From: Dendrobates tinctorius
Taxonomy: Eukaryota
DNA length: 64,000 nucleotides
Direction of reading: 5' to 3'
NCBI RefSeq assembly: GCF_039654945.1
Contig: NW_027361810.1
Coordinates: 186,001 to 250,000, forward strand
Part shown: positions 1 to 13,084 of the stretch, piece by piece
Layout: each line of letters starts with the position of its first letter
Numbering within the stretch: the first letter of the stretch is position 1
Notes under the pieces: generated by a model
Told to the model about the DNA's origin: nothing
Seen by the model: only the letters and a program-made list of their open reading frames with translations
Database searches by the model: none
Translations under genes and position numbers: made by a program

Positions 1-850
1 TGTGATAGGAGATTAGATTGTGAGATCTGGGGTCAGGGATGATGGGAGTAGTGATACACTGTGTGATAGATTAGATTGTGAGCTCCGGGGTCAGGGATGA
101 TGGGAGTAGTGATACACTGTGTGATAGATTAGATTGTGAGCTCCGGGGTCAGGGATGATGGGAGTAGTGATACATTGTGTGATAGGAGATTAGATTGTGA
201 GATCTGGGGTCAGGGATGATGGGAGTAGTGATACACTGTGTGATAGGAGATTAGATTGTGAGCTCCGGGGTCAGGGACGATGGGAGTAGTGATACACTGT
301 GTGATAGATTAGATTGTGAGCTCTGGGGTCAGGGATGATGGGAGTAGTGATACACTGTGTGATAGATTAGATTGTGAGCTCTGGGGTCAGGGATGATGGT
401 AGTAGTGATACACTGTGTGATAGATTAGATTGGGAGCTCTGGGGTCAGGGATGATGGGAGTAGTGATACACTGTGTGATAGATTAGATTGTGAGCTCTGG
501 GGTCGGGGATGATGGGAGTAGTGATACACTGTGTGATAGGAGATTAGATTGTGAGCTCTGGGGTCAGGGATGAAGGGAGTAGTGATACACTGTGTGATAG
601 ATTAGATTGTGAGCTCTGGGGTCGGGGATGATGGGAGTAGTGATACTCTGTGTGATAGAAGATTAGATTGTGAGCTCTGGGGTCAGGGATGATGGGAGTA
701 GTGATACACTGTGTGATGGGAGATTAGATTGTGAGCTCCGGGGTCAGGGATGATGGGAGTAGTGATGCACTGTGTGATGGGAGATTAGGTTGTGAGCTCC
801 GGGATGATGGGAGTAGTGATGCACTGTGTGATAGATTAGATTGTTTGGTC
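1..850. repeat. Minisatellite, 59/63-bp unit
   Basis: gattagattgtgagctctggggtcagggatgatgggagtagtgatacactgtgtgata(gga). Confidence 0.95.
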
Positions 851-1249
851 CTGGGGTCAGAGATGATGTGGGTGAAGGAGGAGTCATGTTCTTGTATTTC
901 TGAACAAGCCCTTTCATGAGTAACAATTGATAACCGGACCCCAATGTTACCGATCATCTTCCCATCGATGCCATGAGCTGCTTGTCACCTGGACACAGTT
1001 GAAGGGAGCAAGGACACCCTCCTGCCACTTGTAAACCAACCTGCAGCAAACAAGCGGCCCATTAGGCAGCACAAGGCCGGTAATAAACAACTAATTACTT
1101 ACAGTATGATTAGCTCTTGTAAAAAGATGCAGTCACCCTGCAAATCAGCACTTTGAACAGCGATTGTGTTCTGCTTTCCAGTAGTCTCTCTATTCTGCGC
1201 AGCCAATTACTGGTCTGGGCTAATAATGATAACAATCTAGTTATGCCTG

Positions 1250-1900
1250 GAAGAAAGAAATGGAGTGAAGACGGAGAATGGGGAAGAAACAAGGAGAGGA
1301 ATAAACGAAAAAGAAGCTGAGGTTGAATGAGAAGACAGAGACTAAGAAGGTGAAACAGAATAAGGCGAAAACAAAAAGAAGAGAGCAGAAAATAGAGATA
1401 AAGAAGAANNNNNNNNNNNNNNNNNNNNNNNNNNNNNNNNNNNNNNNNNNNNNNNNNNNNNNNNNNNNNNNNNNNNNNNNNNNNNNNNNNNNNNNNNNNN
1501 NNNNNNNNNNNNNNNNNNNNNNNNNNNNNNNNNNNNNNNNNNNNNNNNNNNNNNNNATAGAGAAATAAAAAGATGAGGTGAAAGACAGATGAATAACAAG
1601 AAAGGGGAGGAAATTGAAAGAGAAAAAGTGTTAGAAGCTGAAGAATTAAAAGATGAGGAAGGAGAAGAAGGTGACAAAAATGAGAAAGGTGAGAAAGGGA
1701 AAAATAAGAGGAAGAAAGAGAAGAACAGAAAAGGGAAATAAGGAAGGGCAAGAAGAAGAATCCGAAGAAAGGGAAGAAGAAAAAAACAGAAGTGGAAGAG
1801 GCATAGAAAAGGGAGTAAGAGAAAAAGAGAAAGAAGATATATGAAAAGAAACAGACAAAGAATGAGAAAAAAAGGGAAAGAAGAATGGGAATGAGAAGTG
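1250..1900. repeat. A/G-rich low-complexity tract containing an assembly gap (N 1409-1556)
   Basis: Direct inspection. Confidence 0.9.
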
Positions 1901-2274
1901 GGGGGATATAAAACAAGACATACCATAGGAGAGATGATTGTCCACAAGCTTCTCCGTTGCCATTTCACGACGATGAACTGTAATAATTTCTCATGAAATC
2001 TGAATAGAATAAACATATATAACAGAGTGAACGGGAGCGCCAAATATCCACCGGCTGCTCCCCGTGTTGTATCTTTGGAACGGCTGCCAGAAGTTACGCT
2101 TTTTTTTTTTTTTACTTACACTAACTTTTTTTTTTATTTACTTTTGACCAAAACTTTGCTCAAAATAAGAGGGCAAGCAATTAATAAATCAAAACCATTC
2201 CCAATTTACTAGTCAGTTTTGTAAAATGTCATAAAGCCACAAAGCTGAGGGTTTGTTACACTGTTTGTTACAAC

Positions 2275-2395
2275 AGGCAGGGTCCTCTCTCCTCCTGTAC
2301 CAGTCAGCAACTCGTTTTGTACAAGATTACAGCGCTTGTTTTTGTTATGTATCCCCCTCTTCACATTGAACAAATGGCGCTATAATAATAATGAT
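2275..2395 (+). mobile_element. L2/SINE 3'-end fragment
   Basis: ggcagggtcctctctcctcctgtaccag...tggcgctataataataat, same tail type as 19741-19873 and 50280-50370; related stubs at about 6815-6865 and 40436-40485. Confidence 0.65.
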
Positions 2396-2457
2396 AACAC
2401 TGTAGCTGACTGTTAAAAAGACTTGTATCTTCTCATATACTTTATTGGTCACATTTA

Positions 2458-2915
2458 AGCTATGTTCACATGCTGAGATTTCGCTGCGGGGTTTTTTGCA
2501 GGCAAACCTGCTGTCTAGGTAGTAAAGAAGCTGTTTACATTACATATTTTCTGCGTTTTTGTTGTCTCGTGCGCAATTTGATAAAGTTTAGTGCGCCCCA
2601 AAAAAATCATGATTTTACTGTCTTAAGGTTTTTGCACCAAAAAGTCAGCAAAACGTGATACCTGTGTGTTTTGCTGTGTTTCTGCACTTACCTCCATTAT
2701 TTTCTATGGGTGAATAAATGCTGCAAAATCACTGAAAAGAAGTGACATGCAGCAGTTTGCAAAAACACAGCAGTTTTCCAAATCAGTCAGAAAAAAAAAA
2801 ATGTGTGTGCTAGAGATTTCTGAAATCTCATGGCTTTTGCTGGTATTGTAAAACGAAGTTTAACTTTAAAATTTGCATAAAAAAAGCAGCAAAAGTGCAA
2901 CGTGTGAACACAGCC
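2458..2915. mobile_element. Harbinger-type MITE
   Basis: TIRs gctatgttcacatg...cgtgtgaacacagcc. Confidence 0.65.
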
Positions 2916-3136
2916 AAAAAGGATCATTCCCAAAATCACAATGTGGTCTTATAATAATGTACACATACATTCAGTTGTGCCAATATCTCATTTTTAAATC
3001 TGCCCCATTTTGCACCTCCACCCCAAGGCTGACCCACAGGGCAAAATTTAGTCTCATGTTTCCATTCAGGGTCAATCACGCACAATGCGGCCTCTCTTTG
3101 TTGCCCTGCCAGCATACCTCAGTGATTGTAATTAAG

Positions 3137-4705
3137 AGGAGCGATGTTCTGCAGGATAGGGCTGTACACTGGAGGCTGAGAGGTGCGATATACTGCAGGA
3201 TAAGGTTGTATACAGGTGCCTGAGAGGAGCGATGTTCTGCAGGATAGGGCTGTATACTGGAGGCTGAGAGGAGAGATGTTCTGCAGGATAGGGCTGTATA
3301 CTGGAGGCTGAGAGGAGAGATGTTCTGCAGGATAGGGCTGTATACTGGAGGCTGAGAGGAGCGATGTTCTGCAGGGTAGGGCTGTACACTGGAGGCTGAG
3401 AGGTGCGATATACTGCAGGATAGGGCTGTATACAGGTGCCTGAGAGGAGCGATGTTCTGCAGGATAGGGCTGTATACTGGAGGCTGAGAGGAGAGATGTT
3501 CTGCAGGATAGGGCTGTATACTGGAGACTGAGAGGAGCAATGTGCTGCAGGATAGGGCTGTATACTGGAGACTGAGAGGAGCAATGTGCTGCAGGATAGG
3601 GCTGTATACTAGAGGCTGAGAGCGGCGATGTTCTGCAGGATAGGGCTGTATACAGGTGCCTGAGAAGAGCGATGTTCTGCAGGATAGGGATGTACACTGG
3701 AGGCTGAGAGGTGCGATATACTGCAGGATAGGGCTGTATACAGGTGCCTGAGAGGAGCGATGTTCTGCAGGATAGGGCTGTATACTGGAGGCTGAGAGGA
3801 GAGATGTTCTGCAGGATAGGGCTGTATACTGGAGGCTGAGAGATGTACTGCAGGATAGGGCTGTATACTGGAGGCTGAGAGGATAGATGTACTGCAGGAT
3901 AGGGCTGTATACAGGTGCATGAGAGGAGCAATGTACTGCAGGATAGGGCTGTATACAGGTGGCTGAAAGGAGAAATGTAGTGCAGGATAGGGCTGTATAC
4001 AGGAGGCTGAGAGGAGCGATGTATTGCAGGATAGGGCTGTATACAGGTGGCTGAAAGGAGAGATGTAGTGCAGGATAGGGCTGTATACAGGAGGCTGAGA
4101 GCAGTGATGTACAGCAGGATACAGGAGGCTGAGAGATGTACCATAAGATGGGAAGGTATACAGGGGGCTGAGAGGAGCGATGTACCGTAAGATGAAACTG
4201 TATACAGGGACCAAGAGGAGCGATGGATTGCAAGATATGGCTGAAAGGAGCAATGTACTGCAGGATGGGGCTGTATTATATAGAGGGCCGAGAGGAGAAA
4301 TGTACTGCAGGATAGGGCTGTATGCAGGGGGGCTGAGAGGAGCGATCCACTGGAGGATAGGAATGTGTACAGGAGTCATGTACTACAGGATGGGGCTGAG
4401 AGGAGCAATGTTCTGCAGGATGGAAAAAACAGACAGAAACAGTGATTAAATACCCTGCAGTAAATAAATAAATAGCATAGTGCATGAAAATGCACGGTAT
4501 TTAGTTAACTTATTTTTAAGTACAAAAAATGTGAAAGTCATTCCGCCTTGTCAAGGCAACCGTACTGCAGGACGAAGCTGAGAGGAGTGATGTACTGCAG
4601 GATGGGACTGAGAGGAGCAATGTGCTGCAGGATGGGGGTGTATACAGTGGGTTGAGAGGAACAATGTACTGCAGGATGGGGTTGAGTATATAGGAGACTG
4701 AAAAG
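3137..4705. repeat. Minisatellite, 44-bp unit, degenerating 3', interrupted about 4422-4560
   Basis: gagaggagcgatgttctgcaggatagggctgtatactggaggct. Confidence 0.95.
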
Positions 4706-5974
4706 AATGATGAACTGGAGGTTGCGGCTGTTTGCAGCGATTGCAATTAGTAGTACTGTTTGTTGCCTGCTGCTGATAGACCAGTGATGTCAAACTTCAA
4801 ATGACACTTTATTGATGCATATGAGAGAAGATAATCACCTGCCTTATGCATCAACGGAGCAGCGTTTGCAGTTTTCTAAATAGGATCTATCAGCAGCAAG
4901 CACAGCTCTTTCACCTTGCATTATGGAGAAGCGCAGGAGAGCTGAATGCTGCTAGAACTAGATAACTGACATAATACCACAGTGCAGCTGTATTGATGTA
5001 GGTGGCAGAAGATAAAATCATCCACACAGGGGACTGTACAGGAGCAGAAAGTGCACACAAGCATATGGTGAATTGAATTCTACACAGATTAGCTTAATGA
5101 TATCTCTGAGAGGTAGAACTTTGCAGGAGCACAGGAGAGGGAGGAGGGGACTGAAGCACTCATGAGAAGCAGGTGCTTCTGGGAAATGTAGTTTTAGCAG
5201 ATAAGAATAGCACCACCCATTCAGCTCAGTGAAGCTGGATGCACAGGGGCAGAAAAGAAAGATACAAAAGGTACAAGAAGCGTTACGTTGGCTTTAGGCA
5301 TTGCATTAACAATAAGTTTGTCCTGTCATTCGTGATACAATGCTATTGTTGGAATAACAGCTTCTGTCTGAAACATTTTTTAACCATTTGGAACAGAACA
5401 GATTCATTTGCACCATGCACAAACATCTGTACACATTTTTAGAGGTGCCACAAATTCATCAACCCCCATGTGACCTTTATTTGAAAATGGAGGAGGATGA
5501 GGATGATGTCAAAGTGCAGGTTGGGGAATATTAGAGGAGGTGGATAGAGGGCGAAGGAGGATGATGGTGGATGTAGTAAGGCTCAGCTCTATACAGGGGA
5601 CGTCCTGTAGGATAGATGAATGGAGGGCAGCTGGTTGACTACACTGAGCGGGAGAAGGAAGCTCCTCGTCCTACAGCTGCTGCTCATTGATCACACATGC
5701 AGTAATGATGGCCGTCATGGCTGCATCTTCTATAATCCCTTGCAGGATACCCGCACACCGCGAATCATCTGAACACGCAGAACATTCCTCTGATCCCGCT
5801 GGACCCGGCAGATTACAAGAGGTCACATCAGATTCACCTCGTTTCAGGCTGCAAAATATATCGCAGAGTAATCTGACCGGTTTTAGATCTGGAACGTGTC
5901 AATTTATGCCACAGATTTCGGTGCGAGCTTCACTCCTTGTCATACAAAGGTTACATTTTATGATTTTTTTTTTT

Positions 5975-6472
5975 TTTTTTCAACAATGGTGTCCTCCTTG
6001 GTCGTCTCCCATGAAGTTCACTTGGCTCCTACAATGACGGATGGTGCGATCTGACAGTGATGTTCCTTGAGCTTGAACTCTTTCCTTCGCTTCCTCTGGT
6101 CCATGTTGGGTGTGATACCCACCATGTCACCACACAGCACGGTATCTGTAGCCTCTATACAGGCCACTCACTGATCCCAAGATTGTAGACACCTGGGATG
6201 CTAATTAGCGGGCACACCGCGATTTCACGTGTCCCTTTTGTCACATTATTTTCAGGGGTACCATCATTTCTGGCCAGGCCTATTTTATGAGTTTTATTTA
6301 TTTTTTTTTTAATTCTGTGGAGGCATGGTTGAAAAGCAATGTCTGACTTTCATTTGTGCATTTTCATAGATTTTTGATTTATTACTTTTGTCAGATTTAA
6401 GTTATTTCTGTCACCATTGCGGTATTTTCAGTCATTAAACGAGGTGTACCGGCAATTTCCACCACGTGTGTA
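5975..6472 (-). mobile_element. Internally deleted Tc1-like remnant
   Basis: Minus strand reads MDQRKRRKE joined to QGTSLSDRTIRH...HGRRPRRTPLL; TIR-like end (cacgtggtggaaattgccggtac) at about 6470. Confidence 0.7.
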
Positions 6473-7282
6473 CAGTATACAATGCTGTCGCAGGTATCAA
6501 TGTCGGACATCTGCTGCCGGTGGTGGCAGTAAATAGGCTCCAGGAGCAGGTTGCCGAAGACTGTGCAATCAGGGAAAAGTGATTAAGATTTATCCACTAA
6601 CACGTTTCCTTTTCTCCTCTTCTAAGAGGGCAATTATTTATCCCTACATCAGATATATGTACAAAGTCCGGTGTAAAGACATTTCCCAGAAAGCCAACCA
6701 CCAGTTTAAATTCTAGGCAGACACTGAACAAGAGGGGGATGCTGGGAGATTTCAGCGACAAGGTGCCTGAATTCTGAGCGCAGCGCTGGAGTATAATCAG
6801 GATATTGAAAAAGCGGTAAAGCACTGCGGAATATGTTGGCGCTATATAAAGAGATTATTATTATTGACAAGTGATGCAATATATTTTCTTAGCCTTGAAG
6901 GCGAGGCAGACACTGCAGCTCCATATTTCCAGTATCACAGACATTGCCCCAGGCGGGGTCTCGCAGGATTGCTGTTTGTACCTTCACGGATTAATTTGTT
7001 CTTCAGAGTTGATTATTTGCGCCTACACCATGATTGCCCGGGGGAGAGTGACAAAATCTCTGTGTAAAATCATCGTCCATAGTTCAACGCCAGGATGGAG
7101 GAACAAAACCTTCTCTGTGGAGCATATATTAGGAATAATCCTCCGCACCCCTGAGGTGACGCTGCAGCCCCCGAACACTTCCCACGGCAGTCAGCAGAGC
7201 GTTACCACAGGTCCATGTTTTTGTCTTATTATCCCCTATGGACAGACTGCAGATCGCATTTCCATTAGTACTTTACTGTGCT

Positions 7283-7632
7283 CTGGGGCCCCTCACACAC
7301 CAGGGCCCCAATGCGCGGTGCTGTGTGGCCCCTCACACACCAGGGCCCAAATGCGCGGTGCTGTGTGGCCCCTCACACACCAGGGCCCAAATGCGCGGTG
7401 CTGTGTGGCCCCTCACACACCAGGGCCCAAATGCGCGGTGCTGTGTGGCCCCTCACACACCAGGGCCCAAATGCGCGGTGCTGTGTGGCCCCTCACACAC
7501 CAGGGCCCAAATGCGCGGTGCTGTGTGGCCCCTCACACACCAGGGCCCAAATGCGCGGTGCTGTGTGGCCCCTCACACACCAGGGCCCAAATGCGCGGTG
7601 CTGTGTGGCCCCTCACACACCAGGGCCCCAAG
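7283..7632. repeat. Near-perfect minisatellite, 40-bp unit, about 8.7 copies
   Basis: gtgctgtgtggcccctcacacaccagggcccaaatgcgcg. Confidence 0.97.
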
Positions 7633-7987
7633 TGTGATGGCACTATGTTCAGCTGGAGGTGTAGCCAATCAGTGGTGACACGTCGCCCTCTGGTGTTTGC
7701 AGATAGAAGCTACACCCGCACTGCTCACCCTGATACAATCAAGGCCAAAATTGTAGGGCCATCCGACTTCCCTGGAGTCAGAAATGGCGAAGCTGCCAAC
7801 ATATAAAGCAATTCAGAAAATTAGGATTCTCAACATAAAAGAAAAAAGGTGGGAGACAAGCGCAGATAAGGTGATGAAGGTACAGATGAGAAGGGAGTGA
7901 TGGCGCTTCTCACCTGAAGGGTAGATGGTCACCATAACTGCCCATGGATGCTGCTGCATCCCATCAGCAAATTAAGGTAAAACCTCA

Positions 7988-8263
7988 ATTCGTAGAAAAA
8001 GCAGATTGACGTTTCAGTGTAGACGGCGTGGCTGTATGAAGGAAGCAGCTCCACAGTGGAACAGCCATTTTCATAGGTTTTATTTTTACGCGTTTCGTGC
8101 CCGCACCGAACACTTTTTCCAAAACAAACTACATCGCAGAATCGGTGCGAGCACGAAACACGTAAAAATAAAAACTATGAAAATGGCTGTTCCACTGTGG
8201 AGCTGCTTCCTTCATACAGCCGCGCCGTCTACACTGAAACGTCAATCTCCTTTTTCTACGAAT
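7988..8263. repeat. Long hairpin (about 120-bp inverted arms), probably Penelope-like derived
   Basis: attcgtagaaaaagcagattgacgtttcagtgtagacggcg...cgccgtctacactgaaacgtcaatctcctttttctacgaat. Confidence 0.85.
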
Positions 8264-8731
8264 CGACATAAAAGATCACATTCAGGAGTCTGGAAATCTC
8301 TGCGAGAAACAGAAGAGCTAATATCACCCGGCTTACAGATAATTCTGATTATTGGTGATGCTTCCGACATCTCATTCCTTCACATCCATCAGAACTCAAA
8401 GAAAAAGCAAGAAACATGAATGGTGACTTCAATCGGATCAGCCGAGTATCACGTCTGTCTTCTGTGACCCACTGGGGCCCGGACTCCACATCCCTTGGCA
8501 GGAGACCAGCAGGATCAAGCAGTAGATCCTGTGCGTTAGTCAGCGCAGACTCCATGCATCTCACAAATGATCGATCAGATTGAGATATGGAGTCATCACC
8601 TCGATAATCCGACTATTCCTGACCATCATCTGCTGCCACTGGGGAATGCCACACCATGATGGGGACTTGTAGACCAGTTCATCGAGACTGCCTTTCCTTA
8701 TGTCAGCCTCGAAAGTTCACAGGTGTAAGAC

Positions 8732-10662
8732 ACTCCCCGCAAGACCCGGCCCGGACTGTGAACGCCCCGCAAGACCCGGCCCGGACTGTGAACGCCCCGC
8801 AAGACCCGGCCCGGACTGTGAACTCCCCGCAAGACCCGGCCCGGACTGTGAACTCCCCACAAGACCCGGCCCGGACTGTGAACTCCCCACAAGACCCGGC
8901 CCGGACTGTGAACTCCCCACAAGACCCGGCCCGGACTGTGAACTCCCCACAAGACCCGGCCCGGACTGTGAACTCCCCACAAGACCCGCACATACCGGGA
9001 ACTCCCCACAAGACCCGGCCTGGACTGGGAACTCCCCACAAGACCCGGCCTGGACTGGGAACTCCCCACAAGACCCGGCCTGGACTGGGAACTCCCCACA
9101 AGACCCGGCCTACACTGGGAACTCCCCACAAGACCCGGCCTACACTGGGAACTCCCCACAAGACCCGGCCTACACTGGGAACTCCCCACAAGACCCGGCC
9201 TACACTGGGAACTCCCCACAAGACCCGGCACATACTGGGAACTCCCCACAAGACCCGGCACATACTGGGAACTCCCCACAAGACCCGGCACATACTGGGA
9301 ACTCCCCACAAGACCCGGCACATACTGGGAACTCCCCACAAGACCCGGCACATACTGGGAACTCCCCACAAGACCCGGCACATACTGGGAACTCCCCACA
9401 AGACCCGGCACATACTGGGAACTCCCCACAAGACCCGGCACATACTGGGAACTCCCCACAAGACCCGGCCCATACTGGGAACTCCCCACAAGACCCGGCC
9501 TGTACTGGGAACTCCCCACAAGACCCGGCCTGTACTGGGAACTCCCCACAAGACCCGGCCTGTACTGGGAACTCCCCACAAGACCCGGCACATACTGGGA
9601 ACTCCCCCACAAGACCCGGCACATACTGGGAACTCCCCACAAGACCCGGCCTGTACTGGGAACACCCCACAAGACCCGGCATATACTTGGAAAACCCCAC
9701 AAGACCTGCCGTATACTGGGAACACCCCACAAGATCTGCCGTATACTGGGAACATCCCACAGTACCTGCTGTATACTGGGATCTCCCCACAGGACCTGCT
9801 GTATACTGGGATCTCTCCACAGGACCTGCTGTATACTGGGAACAACCCACAAGATCTGCTGTATACTGGGAACAACCCACAAGATCTGCTGTATACTGGG
9901 ATCTCTCCACAGGACCTGCTGTATACTGGGATCTCTCCACACAGGACCTGCTGTATACTGGGATCTCTCCACAGGACCTGCTGTATACTGGGATCTCTCC
10001 ACAGGACCTGCTGTATACTGGGATCTCTCCACAGGACCTGCTGTATACTGGGATCTCACCACAGGACCTGCTGTATACTGGGATCTCACCACAGGACCTG
10101 CTGTATACTGGGATCTCACCACAGGACCTGCTGTATACTGGGATCTCACCACAGGACCTGCTGTATACTGGGAACAACCCACAAGATCTGCTGTATACTG
10201 GGATCACCCCACATCTGCTGCATACCGGGAACACCCCACAAGATCTGCCGTATACTGGGAACATCCCACAGTACCTGCTGTATACTGGGAACTCCTCACA
10301 GGACCTGCTGTATGATGGAAACACCCCGCAAGACCTGCTGTATACTGGGATCTCTCCACAGGACCTGCTGTATACTGGGATTTCTCCACAGGACCTGCTG
10401 TATACTGGGATCTCTCCACAGGACCTGCTGTATACTGGGATCTCTCCACAGGACCTGCTGTATACTGGGATCTCTCCACAGGACCTGCTGTATACTGGGA
10501 TCTCACCACAGGACCTGCTGTATACTGGGAACAACCCACAAGATCTGCTGTATACTGGGATCACCCCACATCTGCTGCATACCGGGAACACCCCACAAGA
10601 TCTGCTGTATACTGGGAACTCCCCACAGGACCTGCTGTATACCGGGAACACCCCACAAGATT
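8732..10662. repeat. Minisatellite, 30-bp unit with polar sequence drift
   Basis: aactccccacaagacccggcccggactgtg grading into atctctccacaggacctgctgtatactggg. Confidence 0.97.
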
Positions 10663-11814
10663 CGTCGTTTTGGAGGCATCACTATTTAGCCCTTATTACA
10701 GCCGCTCTCATCCTTAATTTGCTGAATTTTCCAGCTTCCAACACATCAACTACAAGAAAAGACTGATCACTTGCTGCCAATGTATCAGTCCCGGACAAGC
10801 GCCATTGTCACCAGTGTTATAACATCGGTCAGCAGTATTTTCTGTTTTGGCCGATTGGAGAATATATAATTAACATCAATAAACAGTTATTAACAAAACT
10901 GCACATGAATTGGCCACACAGAAGAGTCAGATGTCCCATTAAACCCTCTCCAGTGATGCAGCGGCTCAGTCTGCTGGGGTCGATATCAAGCCGTTAACCT
11001 TCAGTTGCTGCCGTCCTTTCCGCCTCTACTATTCGTGCTGCACCTCCTCTCAGGCAGTGCTGTAGTAGCAGTCTGTGACCTCTGGAGCTTTCATCTTCTT
11101 TCCTTCGCTCCGTCAGCCCCTGACCCATCTTCCCCGCTCTGCAGACGCCCCACTTGCAAGCCTCATTCTCCTTTTTTCTTCTCTTTTATCTTTTCCTTTG
11201 ACAGAACACCACTTAGCCTTTTTGGAGCTGACAAGTCTCTTGTCATCTCCTGGGTTATTGTGCTGCAGGATGCTTCTCCTGGCTGGCACCTACCGCCGCC
11301 ACAATCTACAAAGCATTTATGGGGTTGGAGCTGTGAGATTCAGGCACTTCAGATAAAGATGGGGATAAATGACTGAGATCGGGGAAGTTACTTGCATCTC
11401 ACACACCAGAAAGGAGCGGCAGCAGATCAGGAGCTCATTATCCATCCATGAAGGAGAAATCACTGAGGAGGAATCGCTGTTCACAAACGTCTGAGCCTAT
11501 TCACATTGTGCAGTCAGATTCTGACAAAAAAAAAAAATCTCTGTCCCTTAATTGTCCCCGTGTATTTCCAACAGTAAATCTTACATATTGCACGCATACT
11601 ATGCTGTGGATTTGCCGCAAATTCCCCTGTATTACAGCGAAATTAATTCTGCAACTAAGAATCGTTGAGGAGCAAATTTTAACATCTGCAACGCTTTTCA
11701 ATTTCCACCAAAAACGCGGCTGAATTCTAGCGCAAACTGAGCAAATATACTGGTAGGAGCTGTGTCCCAAAGTCACCAGGAGTCGGCACAAGGGAAACAA
11801 CGCAGAAACCATGA

Positions 11815-12756
11815 GGCTAAGTGCACACGTAACGGAACTCTCGCGGAAATTACCGCGAGAATTCCGGAATTCCAGTCCGCGGGAAAATCGCATTTTAAAT
11901 TCCCGCGATTTTCCAGCGGAAAAAATAGCATTTTGCAAGCGTAATTAGCTTGCAGAATGCTAGCGTTTTCCAAGCGATCTGTAGCATCGCTTAAAGAACT
12001 GATTGACAGGTTGGTCACAGTCGCCATACATAGTGTTTGACAAGTGTGACCAACTTTTTACTACTGAGGCCGCCTATGCGGCCTCAGTAGTAAAAGATAG
12101 AATGTAAAAAAAAAAAATAAATGGTGTTATTCTTACCTTCCGACGTCCCGCGCATCCATTCCCAGTAATCCTTTGCGAAAATGCCCGCGATGACGTCAGT
12201 TCTCGCGGGATCGTGACGTCTCGCGGTTATTCGCGATGACGTCGCGCGAATGACCGCGAGACTTCGCGATCCCGCAAGAGTGGACGTCATCGCGAGCATT
12301 TTCGCAAAGGACTACTGGGACCGGAGCGTGAAGAGAAGCGGGAAGGCTGCGCGGGACGTCGGAGGGTGAGAATAACAATATTTTTTATTTTAAATTCTAT
12401 TTTTTACAGGGATATGGTACCCAAAGCCCGGAGGACAGTCTCCTCTCCTTCGGACCATGGGTACCATCCGCAATTGTTCTGCTTACTTTCCGCATGGTGT
12501 GCACAGCCACATGCGGGAAATAAGCGGAACAATGCATTCCTATGGGTGAGGGATCACCGCGATTCCGCAAATTAATGAGCATGCTGCGGTTTTTACTGTG
12601 AAGCGATTGCGCCGCGGTAAAAACCGCAGCATTAGCACAGCATTGTGGAATCCCATAGGAATGCATGGGATGCTTATTTTTCGCGTTTTCGCGGCAAAAT
12701 CGCGCGGTTAAAACCGCCGCGGAAACGTGAAAAAAACGCCACGTGTGAACTCAGCC
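11815..12756. mobile_element. Harbinger/PIF-type MITE with internal palindrome
   Basis: TIRs GGCTAAGTGCACACGT...ACGTGTGAACTCAGCC, 3-bp flanks TGA/TAA, CpG-rich inner hairpin about 12125-12378. Confidence 0.75.
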
Positions 12757-13084
12757 TAAAACTGGAGCATGTATGGCTGAATAGTGGAGTAACATGAAGC
12801 GCGGCCGGCGTCCAGACTGTCAGGACAGCATTATCAGTGAATGGAAGATTGACATCACATCTGCTGGAGCTCGCGGCAGAGATCAATGAACGTCCCCCAT
12901 TGGAGTCACCGCGCCGACCGTTCACCAGGTGTCTGATGGAGGGAAGGTCAGGAATGACCCTTGTGAGGACGGGCACGAGGGTTAACATCTCTGGTGGCGA
13001 GGGGTTAATGATAATATCCACCATGGTCTAAAGCCCCCCCTCCCCATTACATGATTGTCCATTATGCCTGGACAGGCAGGGCCT

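Noticed and set aside
1110-2043. Hydrophobic Phe/Leu/Ser-rich 'membrane protein' ORFs
   Set aside because: Reverse complement of A/G low-complexity sequence spanning an N gap.
3076-4379. Minus-strand 250-385-aa ORFs
   Set aside because: Artefact of the 44-bp repeat; the same applies to ORFs at 7.2-7.7, 20.1-21.0, 32.5-34.1, 38.2-39.3 and 42.0-42.9 kb.
8656-10766. 677/688-aa repetitive ORFs resembling mucin or antigen repeats
   Set aside because: 30-bp tandem repeat open in several frames on both strands, with frame-breaking indels and no splice or gene context.
11000-11400. Exon-like unique sequence (possible neighbouring gene)
   Set aside because: All three minus-strand frames contain stops, and the plus-strand ORFs resemble no family I recognise.
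12800-12870. Possible box C/D snoRNA on the minus strand (GTGATGT...CTGA)
   Set aside because: Box C is imperfect, the span is too short, and there is no recognisable rRNA antisense element.
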